The translations under genes were made by a program, and so were the position numbers. A stretch of 64,000 nucleotides of DNA from Zootoca vivipara (lineage: Eukaryota). Shown piece by piece: positions 36,901-64,000 of this stretch. The notes under the pieces were generated by a model that was not told where the DNA came from, searched no databases, and saw only the letters and a list, made by a program, of their open reading frames with translations. Every line of letters starts with the position of its first letter. Within the stretch, counting starts at the first letter, position 1. The DNA lies in assembly GCF_963506605.1 (NCBI RefSeq), contig NC_083288.1:26722001-26786000 (forward strand). Direction: 5' to 3'.

Positions 36901-39900
36901 TTTGATGGGCTTAAGGGCAACGTCAAATTTGCAGCGCATTGGCATTGGAAATACAGTTGTGCCTCAACTTACGAATTTAGTCCGTTCCGAAGGCACCTTC
37001 GTAGGTCGAAAAATTCGTAAGTCGAAAAGCACCATTGGAAACGCGATTTCCCATAGGAATGCATTGGAAACGGAAAAATTCGTAAATCGAAGCAACCCCA
37101 TCTAAAAATTTGTAAGTCAAAAAAACCCTATCTAAAACCGCCGCGGTTTCGGTTCGGATGTCGAGAAATTTGTAAGCGTGCGGCCATTTGCCCCACTGGT
37201 ACCACTGTAGTTGAGTTCTGCACGGGAATGCACACTCTATGGGACCATGGCCCTCAATACCCGCAACTTTTTAACAGGGTGATGGCTGTCCCTGCCACTG
37301 TGATCTACTTCACTAGCTACGATCAACTACGCGATTTATTGCGTGCCAAGTTGGACAGCCAAGCACGGTACATCCCACTAGTGGCTGGAGCTGTTGCTAG
37401 ATGTGAGTATCACTTCTCCTGTGTTGGTATACATGCAGGAGCAGCCTGCCTTTCTGCTTTTAATGACTGTATTTTTCTGTGTATAAGATGCCCCCATGTA
37501 TAAGACGACCCCTATTTTTTGAGCCCAAAATGAAGAAATAAATAATTGCAACATTCCGTGTACAAGACGACCCCCAATTTTAAACTTAAAAAATTTGGGG
37601 GGGGGGGAATACAGTCTTATACACGGAAAAATACAGTAAATGCACAAACTGTATTGTAAACCACTAGCTTTTCAGAATACAGGTGTCTTCCCTCCCCGTA
37701 TTGCCTAACAGCAGATGGCGTGCGGTAGTGCAGTGGCGCCGTCTTCTCCTCCCAGCCTCCAGACATGCCCAGAGCTTCAGTTCTAATTGTGGATATATTT
37801 TGATACATTATTTTCGGTCTGGATTGGAGAGAGAGGGTGTTTAAATGGTGTTTAGAGAGTGCTCCCCACTTACACAATTTTCACTTATGTGTGTGGGGGC
37901 CCAGAGCATAAGGGGTGGGGGACACCTGTACTCATTATTTCCCTAGTGTCTGTAGATGCCAATCTCCATTTTTGAAAGACGTTTAGAAAAGGGGCTTCCT
38001 GGAGAACAGGATGTTTGGAAGCATTTTAGAGGTTTGAATTACATGTGCCATATAAATGCTCGAGACAGGAAGCAGACATGGTGATTTCCATATGTTTTGG
38101 ACTACTTCTCCCATCATTCCTGACCATTGGCCAATCTGGTTGAGGCTGTTGGGAATTGTAGTCCAATAAGATCTGGAGTGCACCACATTGGCTGTCCCAA
38201 AATATATAAAGATTCTAGCTGCTGTGCATCTAAAGTACACAGGTCTAGAAGGGTGGACATATGTCTTGTTTTGAGTCAAGAGAGGAACCACTGGATGGAT
38301 GGAAATATATCAGGAGGGAAACCATTACTCTTAGCTTGTATGAAAGAGATTTTGCTGAATGAGCTACAGAAGTAGGAGCAAGGGAGGGAGGGAGATGGAG
38401 AGAGAGAGACAGACAGTTCCTGCAGGGTACTGGGAGAGGGGAACCGAAGTGCAGGTGGGCACCGTCCTTCCACCACCACCCCTTCTCAAAAAATAGACCA
38501 CGATGAGATATGGCAATATGACGGCAGGTTACAGGTGTGGATGTGTAGGATGTAAAACAAGGATAGATGCCACAATTATGCCTTCCTTAGAAACCTCCTA
38601 TAGCCATTCATTGCCTTTTCTGTTCACCACCAGCACCACAAATGAACAATTATTGAGGGCAGATCTCCGCCAACTCTTCTTTCTCCCCACCCACCTCGGA
38701 AATCTATTTTTGACAGCCAGAATTGCAGACTCTTTGTTCAGATATAAGCTAGCTTTTGGATCCTAGATCTGAATAACTAGGAACAGGGTTGAAAAATCAG
38801 ATTCCTACCCTACTCATTGCTACCTTGTCAGATCTTGATGACCAGGGGGAAGCTGGAATGCTGAGCTAGATGGCATTTCAGTGAAACCTGCTACTTCACT
38901 TCCCACATTTTCCGACGCCCCGGCACCTAAAGGCTTCCTCCGTTTACATGCCAATGGCATTGTAATCGATGACTGCCAGTCAGCTCTTCTGCATGCCCGT
39001 GTCTTCCATTTGGTCTTTGCAGTGGAGGAGCTGGGAACTGCCTTGATTAAACTGGGGCTTGATTTCATGTGCCGCTCTGATCTCTCTTCCCTAGTGGGTG
39101 CTGTGACAGTGATCAGCCCCTTGGAACTCATCCGAACAAAGATGCAATCCCGACAGCTGAGCTACCGGGAGCTGCGTGTCTGCATCCAGTCTGCTGTGGC
39201 CCAGGACGGATGGTTCTCTCTCTGGAGGGGCTGGGGGCCCACAGTTCTGCGGGACGTTCCCTTCTCAGGTATGGAAGCGACACAGGGAAGGGAGCAGAGA
39301 GCAGTAACGAGAGGGTTTGGAAGACGTTGCCTCCGGACATCTGGGAGGAGTTAGGCGTGTTCTGTTTTCTGAGCAAAGGTTATGCAAGGCGGCTGCTTTC
39401 AAGATACCAAAAAAAATATGAGACTCTTCTCACCCCTCAGAAAGGTTCATCTTCAGCTTTCTGTTGAGTACAATGTCTTAAGGACAGCAGTGCATCGTTA
39501 CTTTATATTACCCGTGAAAGTTGCAGAATCTCCACCAATGTGTTTTTTTAAAAAACGGGATTGGACAAACACCTGTCCATTGCCCAGGATATCCTGCTAT
39601 TGCAGAGGGTGGAGAAATACGGTCCATTCCCACTTGGAGATAGATACACTAGGTAGTATGTGGGTCTCTTTTGCCTTCACCAATAGCGTGTGGCTTGGCA
39701 TGTCTTGAGTGAATCCAGAACCCTGGTAAGAGTTTTAACACCTCTGCTTTGTGGAACTGCCCTGCCATTATGAAGGTTGGCATATGAATTCCTCTGAACA
39801 AATAAATATTACCGTTAGATCTGGGCAAAGGGTCACACACAGGGATTCTGGACAGAGAGGGGGAGAGCTGCAGCTCTGGCAAGCAAGCACACCTTCCCCC

Positions 39901-41738
39901 CACTACCAAAAAGGAAGCACATTCAGCTTTCTGTGGCCGGCAGTTCCCCTCCTTTGACGATCTGTCTCTTCCTCTTTTCCCCCCACAGCACTGTACTGGT
40001 ATAACTATGAGCTGGTGAAGGACTGGTTGTGCACCCGATTCTGTCTTACCGAGGCCACCTTCAGGGTCAGCTTTGCAGCTGGTGCCATTTCTGGCACGGT
40101 GAGTGCCAGCGCTTGACAGTTCTTTCCAGTGGCCTTGAGAGGTTGCCTAACCAGAGAGAGATGCGCGGCATTGCGGCCTGCTGAGCAATCTTCTCTTTAA
40201 CTGTGACTCTGGGAGCCTCTTAACCAGTCCGCTTTCTGCAGCCAGGAAGGCTGTAAAGATAGTGCCTTCTTTCTTTATTTCTTCCGTGTTGGTCAGCAGA
40301 AATGAATGTTAGCATGCTGCTTATTGTTAAGCATCGGCCTTCTTAGCTCAGTGATGGGAGCGAATGTTGTATTTGCAGCATTTGTAAAATATAGCTAATG
40401 TGACATATTTTAATGATGCACCTCAGGAGTAGGGAACATTCCTCATTCTGGTCATGAATAATGTTCTGAAGGCTGCATTCCAGTGGTGGGTGGAGCCAGG
40501 AGGAAAACTGGGTGGAGCCATGGGTGCGAACTTGCTGGTTAGCTCTGTTGGTTGGAGCATGGTGCAGATAACACTAAGGTCACAGGTTTGATCCCCATAT
40601 GCGTACATATTCCTGCATTGCAGAGGGGGTTGGACTAGATGATCCATGGGGTCCCTTCCAACTCTACAATTCTGTTCTTGATGCACACATAGGGCCTTTA
40701 CCATTATCGCAAACCACTTTTCCTTCTCCGTGTGCCTTCTGAACAGTAGATTCTTCATCAATGAAGGAGGGTACCTAAAATGGCTTTTATCTTCTCCCAT
40801 TCACTACAAGGGGGTTGTGGATTTATGCAGATTTAGAAAACTTTGCCCCCTTTGGGTGTTGGAGGCACTGCCAATTCCATTCCTACCTGCTCAAAGACAC
40901 GGGATGCTTTTCTTCAGAGCTCCTCCCTGTTTCAGTGTAACAGACTGAGAGCCAGCGTGGTGTAGTGGTTAGGAGCGGTAGACTCATAATCTGGTGAACC
41001 GTGTTTGCTTCCCCACTCCTCCACATGCAGCTGCTGGGTGACCTTGGGCTAGTCACACTTCTCTGAAGTCTCTCAGCCTCACTCACCTCACAGAGTGTTT
41101 GTTGTGGGAGAGGAAGGGAAAGGAGATTGTTAGCCGCTTTGAGACTCCTCAGGGTAGTGATAAAGCGGGATATCAAATCCAAACTCTTCTTCTCTTCCCC
41201 TCTATTTCCCACATCTTTTCTTCGCAAACATTTAGGCAACTAGAGTGGTAAAGGAGGCCCTACCTTCCCCACCCCAGTAGACAAAAGAGAGCACTTTGCC
41301 TCCGGCCAAGGGAAGAATCTTGCTAGTAGTGATAGCTAATAGATGGTCCTTCCTGTTCCCCAGGTGGCTGCTATCCTGACGCTGCCCTTTGACGTGGTGA
41401 AGACCCAGCGACAAATTCAGCTGGGAGACATGGAGACACTCCAAGGTGAGGTGCAGAAAGCTACCTGGGGCTGCTATCATTAACCCTGGCTAACTTTTTT
41501 GTTATGGCTGCTGCAAGTTGAAAAGAGAAGCAAGGAATAAAAGTGTGAACTACATAATGTCATATACTTTCTCTCCCTGCTCAGTTGCTACACCCAGATC
41601 CTCCTCCACCTGGCTGCTTATGCAGAAGATTCGAGCAGAATCTGGCACCCGAGGACTCTTTGCAGGTGACTTACATTGCCGTTTACTGCTTGCCATTCTC
41701 TGTGCTGTGCGACAGCATCTCTATAGAATAGTATTATT

Positions 41739-41771
<33 letters not shown>

Positions 41772-42307
41772 ATTACTACTACTACTACTACTCGCCCTTT
41801 ACCAGCAGGTCCCAATAATAAGTAGAGGATGAGATTTGTAGGTATAAGACTATGGTTGAAATCTCTCAACTAAAAACCCCCTAGAAAGTTGGGCGTTCTG
41901 TTCCATCTCAGCCTCATTTCCCTGTAGCTCCACTGCACTTTAAAAGATTCCCCCTACTTTGAACACACAGCGATGTGTTGTGTGTGAGTCGCATGTGTGC
42001 CAAATTCAGGAGCTGGCCAAGCACTTGCACACTCTTTCCTGGCCTTATTAGAGCAGGCAGCAAACTCTGCACCATGGAGATGGGATGAATTATTGAACAT
42101 AGGCAGTCCTTCTCCAGTTCCTTCTTCCCAGCCTGTCTGACAGGTTTGTTTCTTCTTCTCTCCTTCCCCCTGCCAAAATTGCCCACAGGTTTCCTGCCTC
42201 GGGTGATCAAGGTGGCCCCCGCCTGCGCCATCATGATCAGCACATACGAATTTGGCAAGGCCTTCTTCCAGAAAATGAACCAGGAGCGGCAGCTTAACAA
42301 CGTATGA
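29113..42307 (+). CDS. SLC25A39: Solute carrier family 25 member 39 (mitochondrial glutathione transporter), spliced CDS of 11 coding exons, 1071 nt / 356 aa
   Basis: Exons 29113-29209, 31138-31197, 32220-32264, 34834-34943, 35867-35934, 37278-37402, 39095-39268, 39989-40098, 41364-41445, 41585-41665, 42189-42307 join in frame with GT-AG introns. Three mitochondrial-carrier signatures ([24 protein letters not shown]), CX3CX9CX5C matrix loop, C-terminal [23 protein letters not shown]. Tail-to-tail with RUNDC3A, as in human. Confidence 0.96.
29233..29412 (-). mobile_element. CR1 LINE 3' fragment
   Basis: Minus-strand translation [31 protein letters not shown] (CR1 ORF2 C-terminus) plus (ATTCTATG)-type tail. 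Confidence 0.85.
29870..30085. mobile_element. Palindromic hAT (Blackjack-like TAGGGTTGCCA ends) MITE
   Basis: About 100-bp near-perfect inverted arms; perfect 8-bp TSD gcaccatt (29862-29869, 30086-30093). Confidence 0.9.
30806..30942. repeat. (ATT)n and (AAT)n microsatellites flanking an L2-tail fragment
   Basis: Direct reading. Confidence 0.9.
31138..31197 (+). CDS. SLC25A39: SLC25A39 coding exon 2 ([20 protein letters not shown])
   Basis: tttcag acceptor / g|gtaagc donor; carrier signature 1. Confidence 0.95.
32220..32264 (+). CDS. SLC25A39: SLC25A39 coding exon 3, 45-nt symmetric exon ([16 protein letters not shown])
   Basis: ctttttcag acceptor, t|gtgagt donor, phase 1-1; fills the position of the variable matrix-loop segment of SLC25A39. 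Confidence 0.75.
34834..34943 (+). CDS. SLC25A39: SLC25A39 coding exon 4 ([36 protein letters not shown])
   Basis: ctccgcag acceptor, |gtaagg donor; four-Cys loop. Confidence 0.95.
35174..35294. mobile_element. Palindromic hAT MITE
   Basis: TIR caggcatccccaaact; 8-bp TSD gtctacac (35166-35173, 35295-35302). Confidence 0.9.
35363..35513 (+). mobile_element. tRNA-Ile-derived SINE with CR1-type 3' tail
   Basis: Same head (B box ggttcgatccc) and tail cccttccaactgtgattctgtga. Confidence 0.8.
35867..35934 (+). CDS. SLC25A39: SLC25A39 coding exon 5 ([23 protein letters not shown])
   Basis: ttccag acceptor, |gtgagt donor. Confidence 0.95.
36954..37207. mobile_element. Tigger/pogo-like MITE
   Basis: TA|cagttgtgcct ... 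ggtaccactg|TA; internal repeated ttcgtaagtcga motifs. Confidence 0.72.
37278..37402 (+). CDS. SLC25A39: SLC25A39 coding exon 6 ([19 protein letters not shown]...AGAVAR)
   Basis: ttaacag acceptor, |gtgagt donor; lies within ORF 37228..37503. Confidence 0.95.
37467..37636. mobile_element. Tc1/mariner-superfamily MITE (same TIR as 28608)
   Basis: ctgtatttttctgtgtataaga ... tcttatacacggaaaaatacag|TA. Confidence 0.78.
39095..39268 (+). CDS. SLC25A39: SLC25A39 coding exon 7 ([16 protein letters not shown]...LRDVPFS)
   Basis: ccctag acceptor, |gtatgg donor; carrier signature 2. Confidence 0.95.
39989..40098 (+). CDS. SLC25A39: SLC25A39 coding exon 8 ([11 protein letters not shown]...AGAISGT)
   Basis: cccacag acceptor, |gtgagt donor. 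Confidence 0.95.
40533..40675 (+). mobile_element. tRNA-Ile-derived SINE with CR1-type 3' tail
   Basis: Third copy of the same family. Confidence 0.75.
40947..41196 (+). mobile_element. tRNA/CORE-type SINE (Squam3/MIR-like)
   Basis: gccagcgtggtgtagtggtt head, gtgaccttgggctagtcac CORE-like segment, (CTT)n tail. Confidence 0.7.
41364..41445 (+). CDS. SLC25A39: SLC25A39 coding exon 9 ([27 protein letters not shown])
   Basis: ccccag acceptor, |gtgagg donor; carrier signature 3. Confidence 0.95.
41585..41665 (+). CDS. SLC25A39: SLC25A39 coding exon 10 ([27 protein letters not shown])
   Basis: gctcag acceptor, |gtgact donor. Confidence 0.94.
41733..41792. repeat. Compound (ATT)/(TTG)n/(CTA)n microsatellite
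   Basis: Direct reading. Confidence 0.9.
42189..42307 (+). CDS. SLC25A39: SLC25A39 last coding exon ([39 protein letters not shown])
   Basis: ccacag acceptor; TGA at 42305-42307. Confidence 0.95.
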
Positions 42308-43412
42308 AGGCCATGGAAAGATCCTCCATTTTTCAGACGGACCAAAGCCACATTGGTGGCAGGGAAAAAGGACATATTTCAGAAGAGTGAAAGAGGAAAA
42401 ACAAAGTTTGTGAACTCGTGGTCTGAGTAAGGTGGATCCAGTCGTGGTCACTGTCAGTTAAGGGTTGAGAAGACCATACCTAGGAAATATTTTGTTCTCT
42501 TTTCTTGTAGGACGTGTCTCCTGTCAGACAAATCCCAGGTGCCTTCCAGCTCGCTTCTACCCTCCTCCTTTCCCCTTTTGCTGGGGAGCAGTTCCGTAAT
42601 TTGAATCTCTTAGCTGCTGCACTCCTTGCCCCCGCCTCCCTACCCTAGAGCCATTGTTACATTTTGCTGTTGGGGTGCTGTAATGTTTGGACATTTTTAC
42701 GCCTTTCATCTGAAGAGCAGAACGTTCTCGTTAGCCTTGCCCAGAATCGAGAGAATCTCTAGCTACAACTGGCTGCCTGTAAGGTCCCAAACAGAACGTG
42801 ACTTTATGTACTTTTCACCAGAAAGGGATGAAAGGAAAAAGAGGAAGAAGCAGGCTAGCCATGGCATTCCAAAAGATTTTTTTTTTAAAAAAAATGTTTT
42901 TTGCTGCATGCAATCTCTCTCTGTGTGTGGCCCTCCAAAAGGCTTCAAGCTGCTGTAGACGGAAACAGACAGGCAACTCCATCGCTGCCTTAATCCTTAA
43001 GTGTCTATCGGCCTGCATGCTTTCTGCTCCGCCACACAATCCTTTCTGTGCATGACAGATATGCTGGCTCACGCTGCAGCCAAACACTGGACATTGGGGG
43101 GCCCAGAACACAAAACACTGGCTTGGACACTCAGGATTCTCCCACCTCTTCCCTCGACATTTCTATGGGCAGCAAGATAATGAGTAGCACGGGCACAAAG
43201 GAATTAAACGCAGTGTTCTCCCCTTGCAGTCTTCCATAGCATCTGCTCTGCTAAAGGAGGGGCTGAAATCTCAGCCAGGCCAAAAGTTTGTTTTGATGCC
43301 AGAGACTTGTGTCACCCTTTAGCAGCTGCTAGGCTTTCCCCTTTCTATGCTGTTAACTTATGTGCCTGTTGCTTACATTCTTGTGGAAAGGTTCAGGAGG
43401 CTTTTTTTCTTA

Positions 43413-43418
43413 AATAAA
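43413..43418 (+). terminator. Probable polyadenylation signal of SLC25A39
   Basis: AATAAA about 1.1 kb downstream of the stop codon; the first one I found after it. Confidence 0.6.
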
Positions 43419-44233
43419 GTCACATTTTAAACAAAGAAACAAAAAATTATAGCAGATGGCACCAGGAGAGGATTGCTTGTTCATCCATGTTTTGTGTATT
43501 AGGAATTTCTGGTCTAGCTCTTCTCTTGTCATCTTTGGGAACAGGAGTGGGGAACTTTTTGGCCCAGTCAGCTAGATCTTTATTTGTCCCAACCCCTCCC
43601 TGTCAATTTCAGATTATTGACAGGTATGTTGTCCTGCCCACCTATCGGAAGGCTTTGCATAGGGAAGCAGTGTGCAGATCTCTGTGAAAACACTGTGCTC
43701 AACCCTTCTGAAGCACTGAGAAAAGGGGCTGGCCAAGCTGCTTTCTCTAGGGATTGGCTGAGCCCTTGGGTTCCCCATGCAGAGCTCAGTTGCACAGCCT
43801 ATTTGTCAGACCAGCTGATGGATGGCAACGTCAACCTTACTTTGCAGGGATTGGTTGTCCCCCATGGGGTACTATATGCACCATTCTTACTTGAAGATTT
43901 TCTTCCCTTCCCAGGAATCTTCTCATATGCTATGTTCTAAGATGCTTATATTATATAATAGGAGTTGGAAAAAATCTTTTGCCTCCTGTGCAAGGCATTG
44001 GTTTGTCCCTGTCTCCTCACCTTCATTCTGCAAGGCTTCTTCACTGGATTCCTCCATGAACCTAAATCCTCCCTCCTTTTGACCAGGTGACTAGGTCTTT
44101 CTAAAAGCAGAAACAAGCCACTTGTTAATCAGCCAAGATACGTGATACAAAGAGTAACCCACAGGCGTTTTTGAATCCTCTGTCACAACTGGCTGTAATT
44201 GTTCAGTACATAGAAACAAGAACTTCCTAACTA

Positions 44234-44463
44234 CAGTGGTACCTTGTTTTGAGTCCGGGATCCATCCTGGAGCCCTGGGCGCTCAGCGAAAGGGACGCTC
44301 GACAAAGCGCCGCTCTGTGCATGCGTGCAGAGCGGTTTGCGCTTCTGCGCATGCGCGAGTGGCAAACCCGGAAGTAACTTGTTCAGGTACTTCCAGGTTT
44401 GCCGCGGACGTTCGCTGAAATGGATTCTCGACGACGGGGTGGATGTTTGCGGAGGTATTACTG
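44234..44463. mobile_element. Tc1/mariner (pogo-like) MITE, CpG-rich
   Basis: TA|cagtggtacct ... aggtattactg|TA. Confidence 0.78.
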
Positions 44464-46621
44464 TACTTTTTGCTGTTAAAGTGTTGGGGATTTTTTCTGA
44501 ATTTCCTGAACCGTTGGAATGTTTAAAAAAACAAACTGCCTTTGCACCATTCCAGCAGGTCAGTTTTCCCACATGTTGCCAGATTCCAGCTTCCATCAGC
44601 CCCCTTAGCCTAATAGTCATTGATGAAGGGGGTGGTAGTTGGCAACATCTGGGGAGCTAAGGTTGCAAGTGATCGAACCACTGTAAGAAAGGGATGCTGG
44701 GAAGAGAACAAGCAGCATCACCAGGGTGTGAGCAGGAATCTCCAGCTCCTAACCATTGCCCATGCATCATCTGGAGGGCCACAGGTTACCCACCCCTGTT
44801 GTAAAAGGTGGTTGAGGAATGGGAGATGTGAATGGAGATGTGAAAGCGGTTGCATTTGAGATTAGTGTGATGGTTAGAGAAGGAGGTACTCTAAATACCT
44901 CTAACTTCTTGTGGTTCTTTTAATATATTTCACATTCCTAGGTGCCACAATCAAGATTTTGGGTAAGCTAAAATGAGGGATGGGATCCAGAGCTCCATTA
45001 GGTGCACCTTATGACTTATTCATCGGCATAATGAGTGTCTCCTCACTCCCAAGCGGCAGAGCACCATCCAGCCCATGCCATATTAAAAGCAGGCTCAGAC
45101 ATTTTTCTTCAGCACCTGTTGTAGTTTGCTACAGGCCTGCTGTATTAGATGCACAAAAATGGTTGGTTGGTTCTTCAGATCCTGACTTTGAATTTAGCAC
45201 TGTCGTTGCATGGGCTCAGGCTGCAACCCAGCGCGCCCACAGGAACAAACCTTAATTGAATTTGGTGCGGCTTATTTCTCATTTCAGTATGCTTCCAGTT
45301 GCACACACGCATTGTAACTCAGAAAGTCCCCAATTTAAATCTCATCTTAACTGTTATTCAGTGGCCCAAGACAAGCCATTGTTCTCTAATCCCATCTGCA
45401 ATGCAGAGATAATACTGCCTTACTTTACCTTATAGTATAGTGCCATTGTAGGAATAAGGGAATAATATAGGTGAAGAGCTTTACAGCTGAACCGTACGGC
45501 ATGAATGTAAAAATTAATTTCCCCAAGCCACTTTTTTTAAAAAAAGACCTAAGGATGTTTGCAGAAGAAAGATGTGCATCGGAAAAGAGACTTCAACAGA
45601 CTTTGTCCCACTTTACTGCCAGCTCCTTAAATCTGTTTTAATTCTTGCCCATTAATTCTACAGCTTCCCCAGCTGCTGGTCTATAACAGTTTTTCAGCCG
45701 TGGTGAGTGAAGTCATCACATACCGGAGCATTCCTAAGTCTGCTTTGTCAAAACTCTGGTAGGGGAAGAGGCCAATTGTGCCTTGAGTACCACACATCAA
45801 ATACCCGATGTGTAAACCGGCCCTTTTCCGCCTTCCAAGACTGTCCCTGAAGTAAAAAAAGAAAACATCCACTGGGATAGCAACATGCAGGAAAAACAGA
45901 GGAAGTAGATTCCGCAGCAGTCTGGTAGGGTTGAAGACGGAAGAGGCTTCCTGAATCGCAAAAGAAACCCAGAAATCTGGAGGCAACTTGAAATCCACTA
46001 CCACCCATTGCAGGAAGGTAGCATGTTTGTTGCTGCAATTGCATGCTGAGTCACAGGGAAGATGGGAAACTCAACATCCGCCTGCCCGACAGCTTACTTC
46101 TCACACACACTTCCACAGAGCCTCCTGTTGTCGAACAGGGAGGAAACAGACAGGGTCCTCAACAACATCACCTCGACGCTGTGCACGTTTTCACTACCGA
46201 GAATGCGCCATGGATTTCAACCTGTGTAGCTGTCTTCTGTCTCTCCCCCCCGTTCAGCAGCAATAATTTAGAGGACTTTTAAGCGTTCTCCCCCGGAGAC
46301 AGCTACCTTCTAGCAATCTCAATCATATATATAATATATATATTACACATAATATACACAGCATCATTTTACAAAAGTGCCTTGGGCAGGCAATCCTTCC
46401 TGCTTCCAACAAGTGTGCAGCCTTTTCTTCCCCATTTTAAATCCTGGGCAGGGAAAAGATTTAAGGGGGAAAGTCTTTGCGTTTAAAGAAGTGTCCCGTT
46501 GAGGACGTGGGCTCATTACCCTACTGTAACATCAGGCTCAATAGCCAAGTCAAAGGGACTCGATTCTCGTTCCCCGCCACAGGCATTTCTTGTGGTTTGT
46601 AGGGATAGCCGTCTTGATGTC

Positions 46622-62899
<16,278 letters not shown>

Positions 62900-63429
62900 T
62901 TAAGAAGGGCTTTTCCCCTCCCTAGCTTATTCTTGACCGGTCCCTGACAAATGGTCTTCTCTTCCATCCTCATCCCCAGAATAGAAAAAGCCTTTGATAG
63001 ATTTCATTCAAACCAGAAATTACTATCAGAATGCTGGGTCTCGGCTCTGGAAAATGTGAAGTGGCTTCCAGACATAAGCAGAATGCCTTCATTTCCTTAT
63101 TGGACACACACGGGCTGCCCCTCCCAAACATCTGGGATCGGAGCCAGCTTTCTCTGATCACAAGGTATGGCTTTCAGGAAAGTCAAAGCCTCAGCTCTCT
63201 TTTGTTTCTCTCTCTTCAGTTCACCACTGGTGATACGGTATCAGTGGCAATATAGTCTCTTCTCTATTTGCACAGCACCAAGTCCATGGTTCTTAAACTC
63301 TCTCCCTTCAGGGAGCCCTTTACATATCGCCTGGCCTGCTAAAGGATCTCAGAGCATCGGCCACAGAATCCTTGCTGCCACAGAGGAAAGTGGGACATGT
63401 TGGCTTACATTCATTGATTGTAGCCCTGA

Positions 63430-63800
63430 TATGAACATCCCGAGTCATAGGATGGCTAGATTGGCCTCTACTAGAGCCAGGGCCTTTTCAGTACTGGCCC
63501 CAACCTGGTGGAACGCTCTTTCCCAGGAGACCAGGGCCCTGCGGGATTTGTCATCTTTCCGCAGGGCCTGCAAGACAGAGCTGTTCCGCCTGGCCTTTGG
63601 GTTAGACTCAGCCTGACCCCTGTGTTTTCCTCCCTCATGGCTTGGATTTATGGACTACTTGAAATGAGGCTGCACTTTAAATTTTAATACTGTATTTTAA
63701 TCTGTATTTTAATTAATTGTTTTTATGTTTTATTGTAATTCTGTTGGTGTCAGCCGCCCTGAGCCCGGTTTTTGACTGGGGAGGGCGGGGTATAAATAAA

Positions 63801-63851
<51 letters not shown>
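63430..63851 (+). mobile_element. L2 LINE 3' fragment with (ATT)n tail
   Basis: RARAFSVLAPTWWNALSQETRALRDLSSFRRACKTELFRLAF plus gccgccctgag...tataaataaa tail. Confidence 0.85.
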
Positions 63852-63853
<2 letters not shown>

Positions 63854-64000
63854 CAGCACAAGGGTTTCTCTTTGGACAGCAGAATGTTCTTCCCCTCTCC
63901 TCCTTCATTAAACAGTCCTGTTTTGCTTTGAATCCAGCAACATTGAATGAGATCTTCTTATCCACGACCTAATGGTGGCTGCATATGCCTACTAGGTCTA

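Noticed and set aside
41518-41869. ORFs with poly-Leu/poly-Thr runs (similarly poly-Ile, poly-Tyr and ER/LS repeats at 30790, 62428, 63717)
   Set aside because: Translations of microsatellites

Overview
Eukaryotic (vertebrate) genomic DNA, very probably a squamate lizard. Sauria SINEs, CR1/L2/L1 fragments and many hAT and Tc1-mariner MITEs point to Lacertidae, which is an inference. Two intron-rich protein-coding genes face each other tail-to-tail. SLC25A39 (mitochondrial glutathione carrier) is on +, with a CpG-island promoter at about 20.6-21.1 kb, a non-coding exon 1, and 11 coding exons at 29113-42307 encoding a 356-aa protein reconstructed by hand with GT-AG introns and consistent phases. 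RUNDC3A is on -, with coding exons 2-11 at 62813-46622; its exon 1 lies beyond the window end. A second CpG-island promoter at about 5.4-6.1 kb probably starts an unidentified leftward gene. Almost all ORFs in the supplied track are spurious or transposon-derived. I found no new protein-coding system. The most interesting observations are: (i) the start-codon exon of SLC25A39 begins with a 5' splice-site motif (AG|GTGAGC, a recursive-splice-type site), coupled to a junction-spanning micro-uORF; (ii) a frame-preserving 45-nt cassette exon with tandem acceptors lies just before the Fe-S-binding Cys motif; (iii) two hAT elements have near-identical ends and perfect 8-bp TSDs but unrelated GC-rich palindromic interiors carrying NRF1 or octamer motifs; (iv) RUNDC3A exon 2 shows an apparent 9-nt donor shift.
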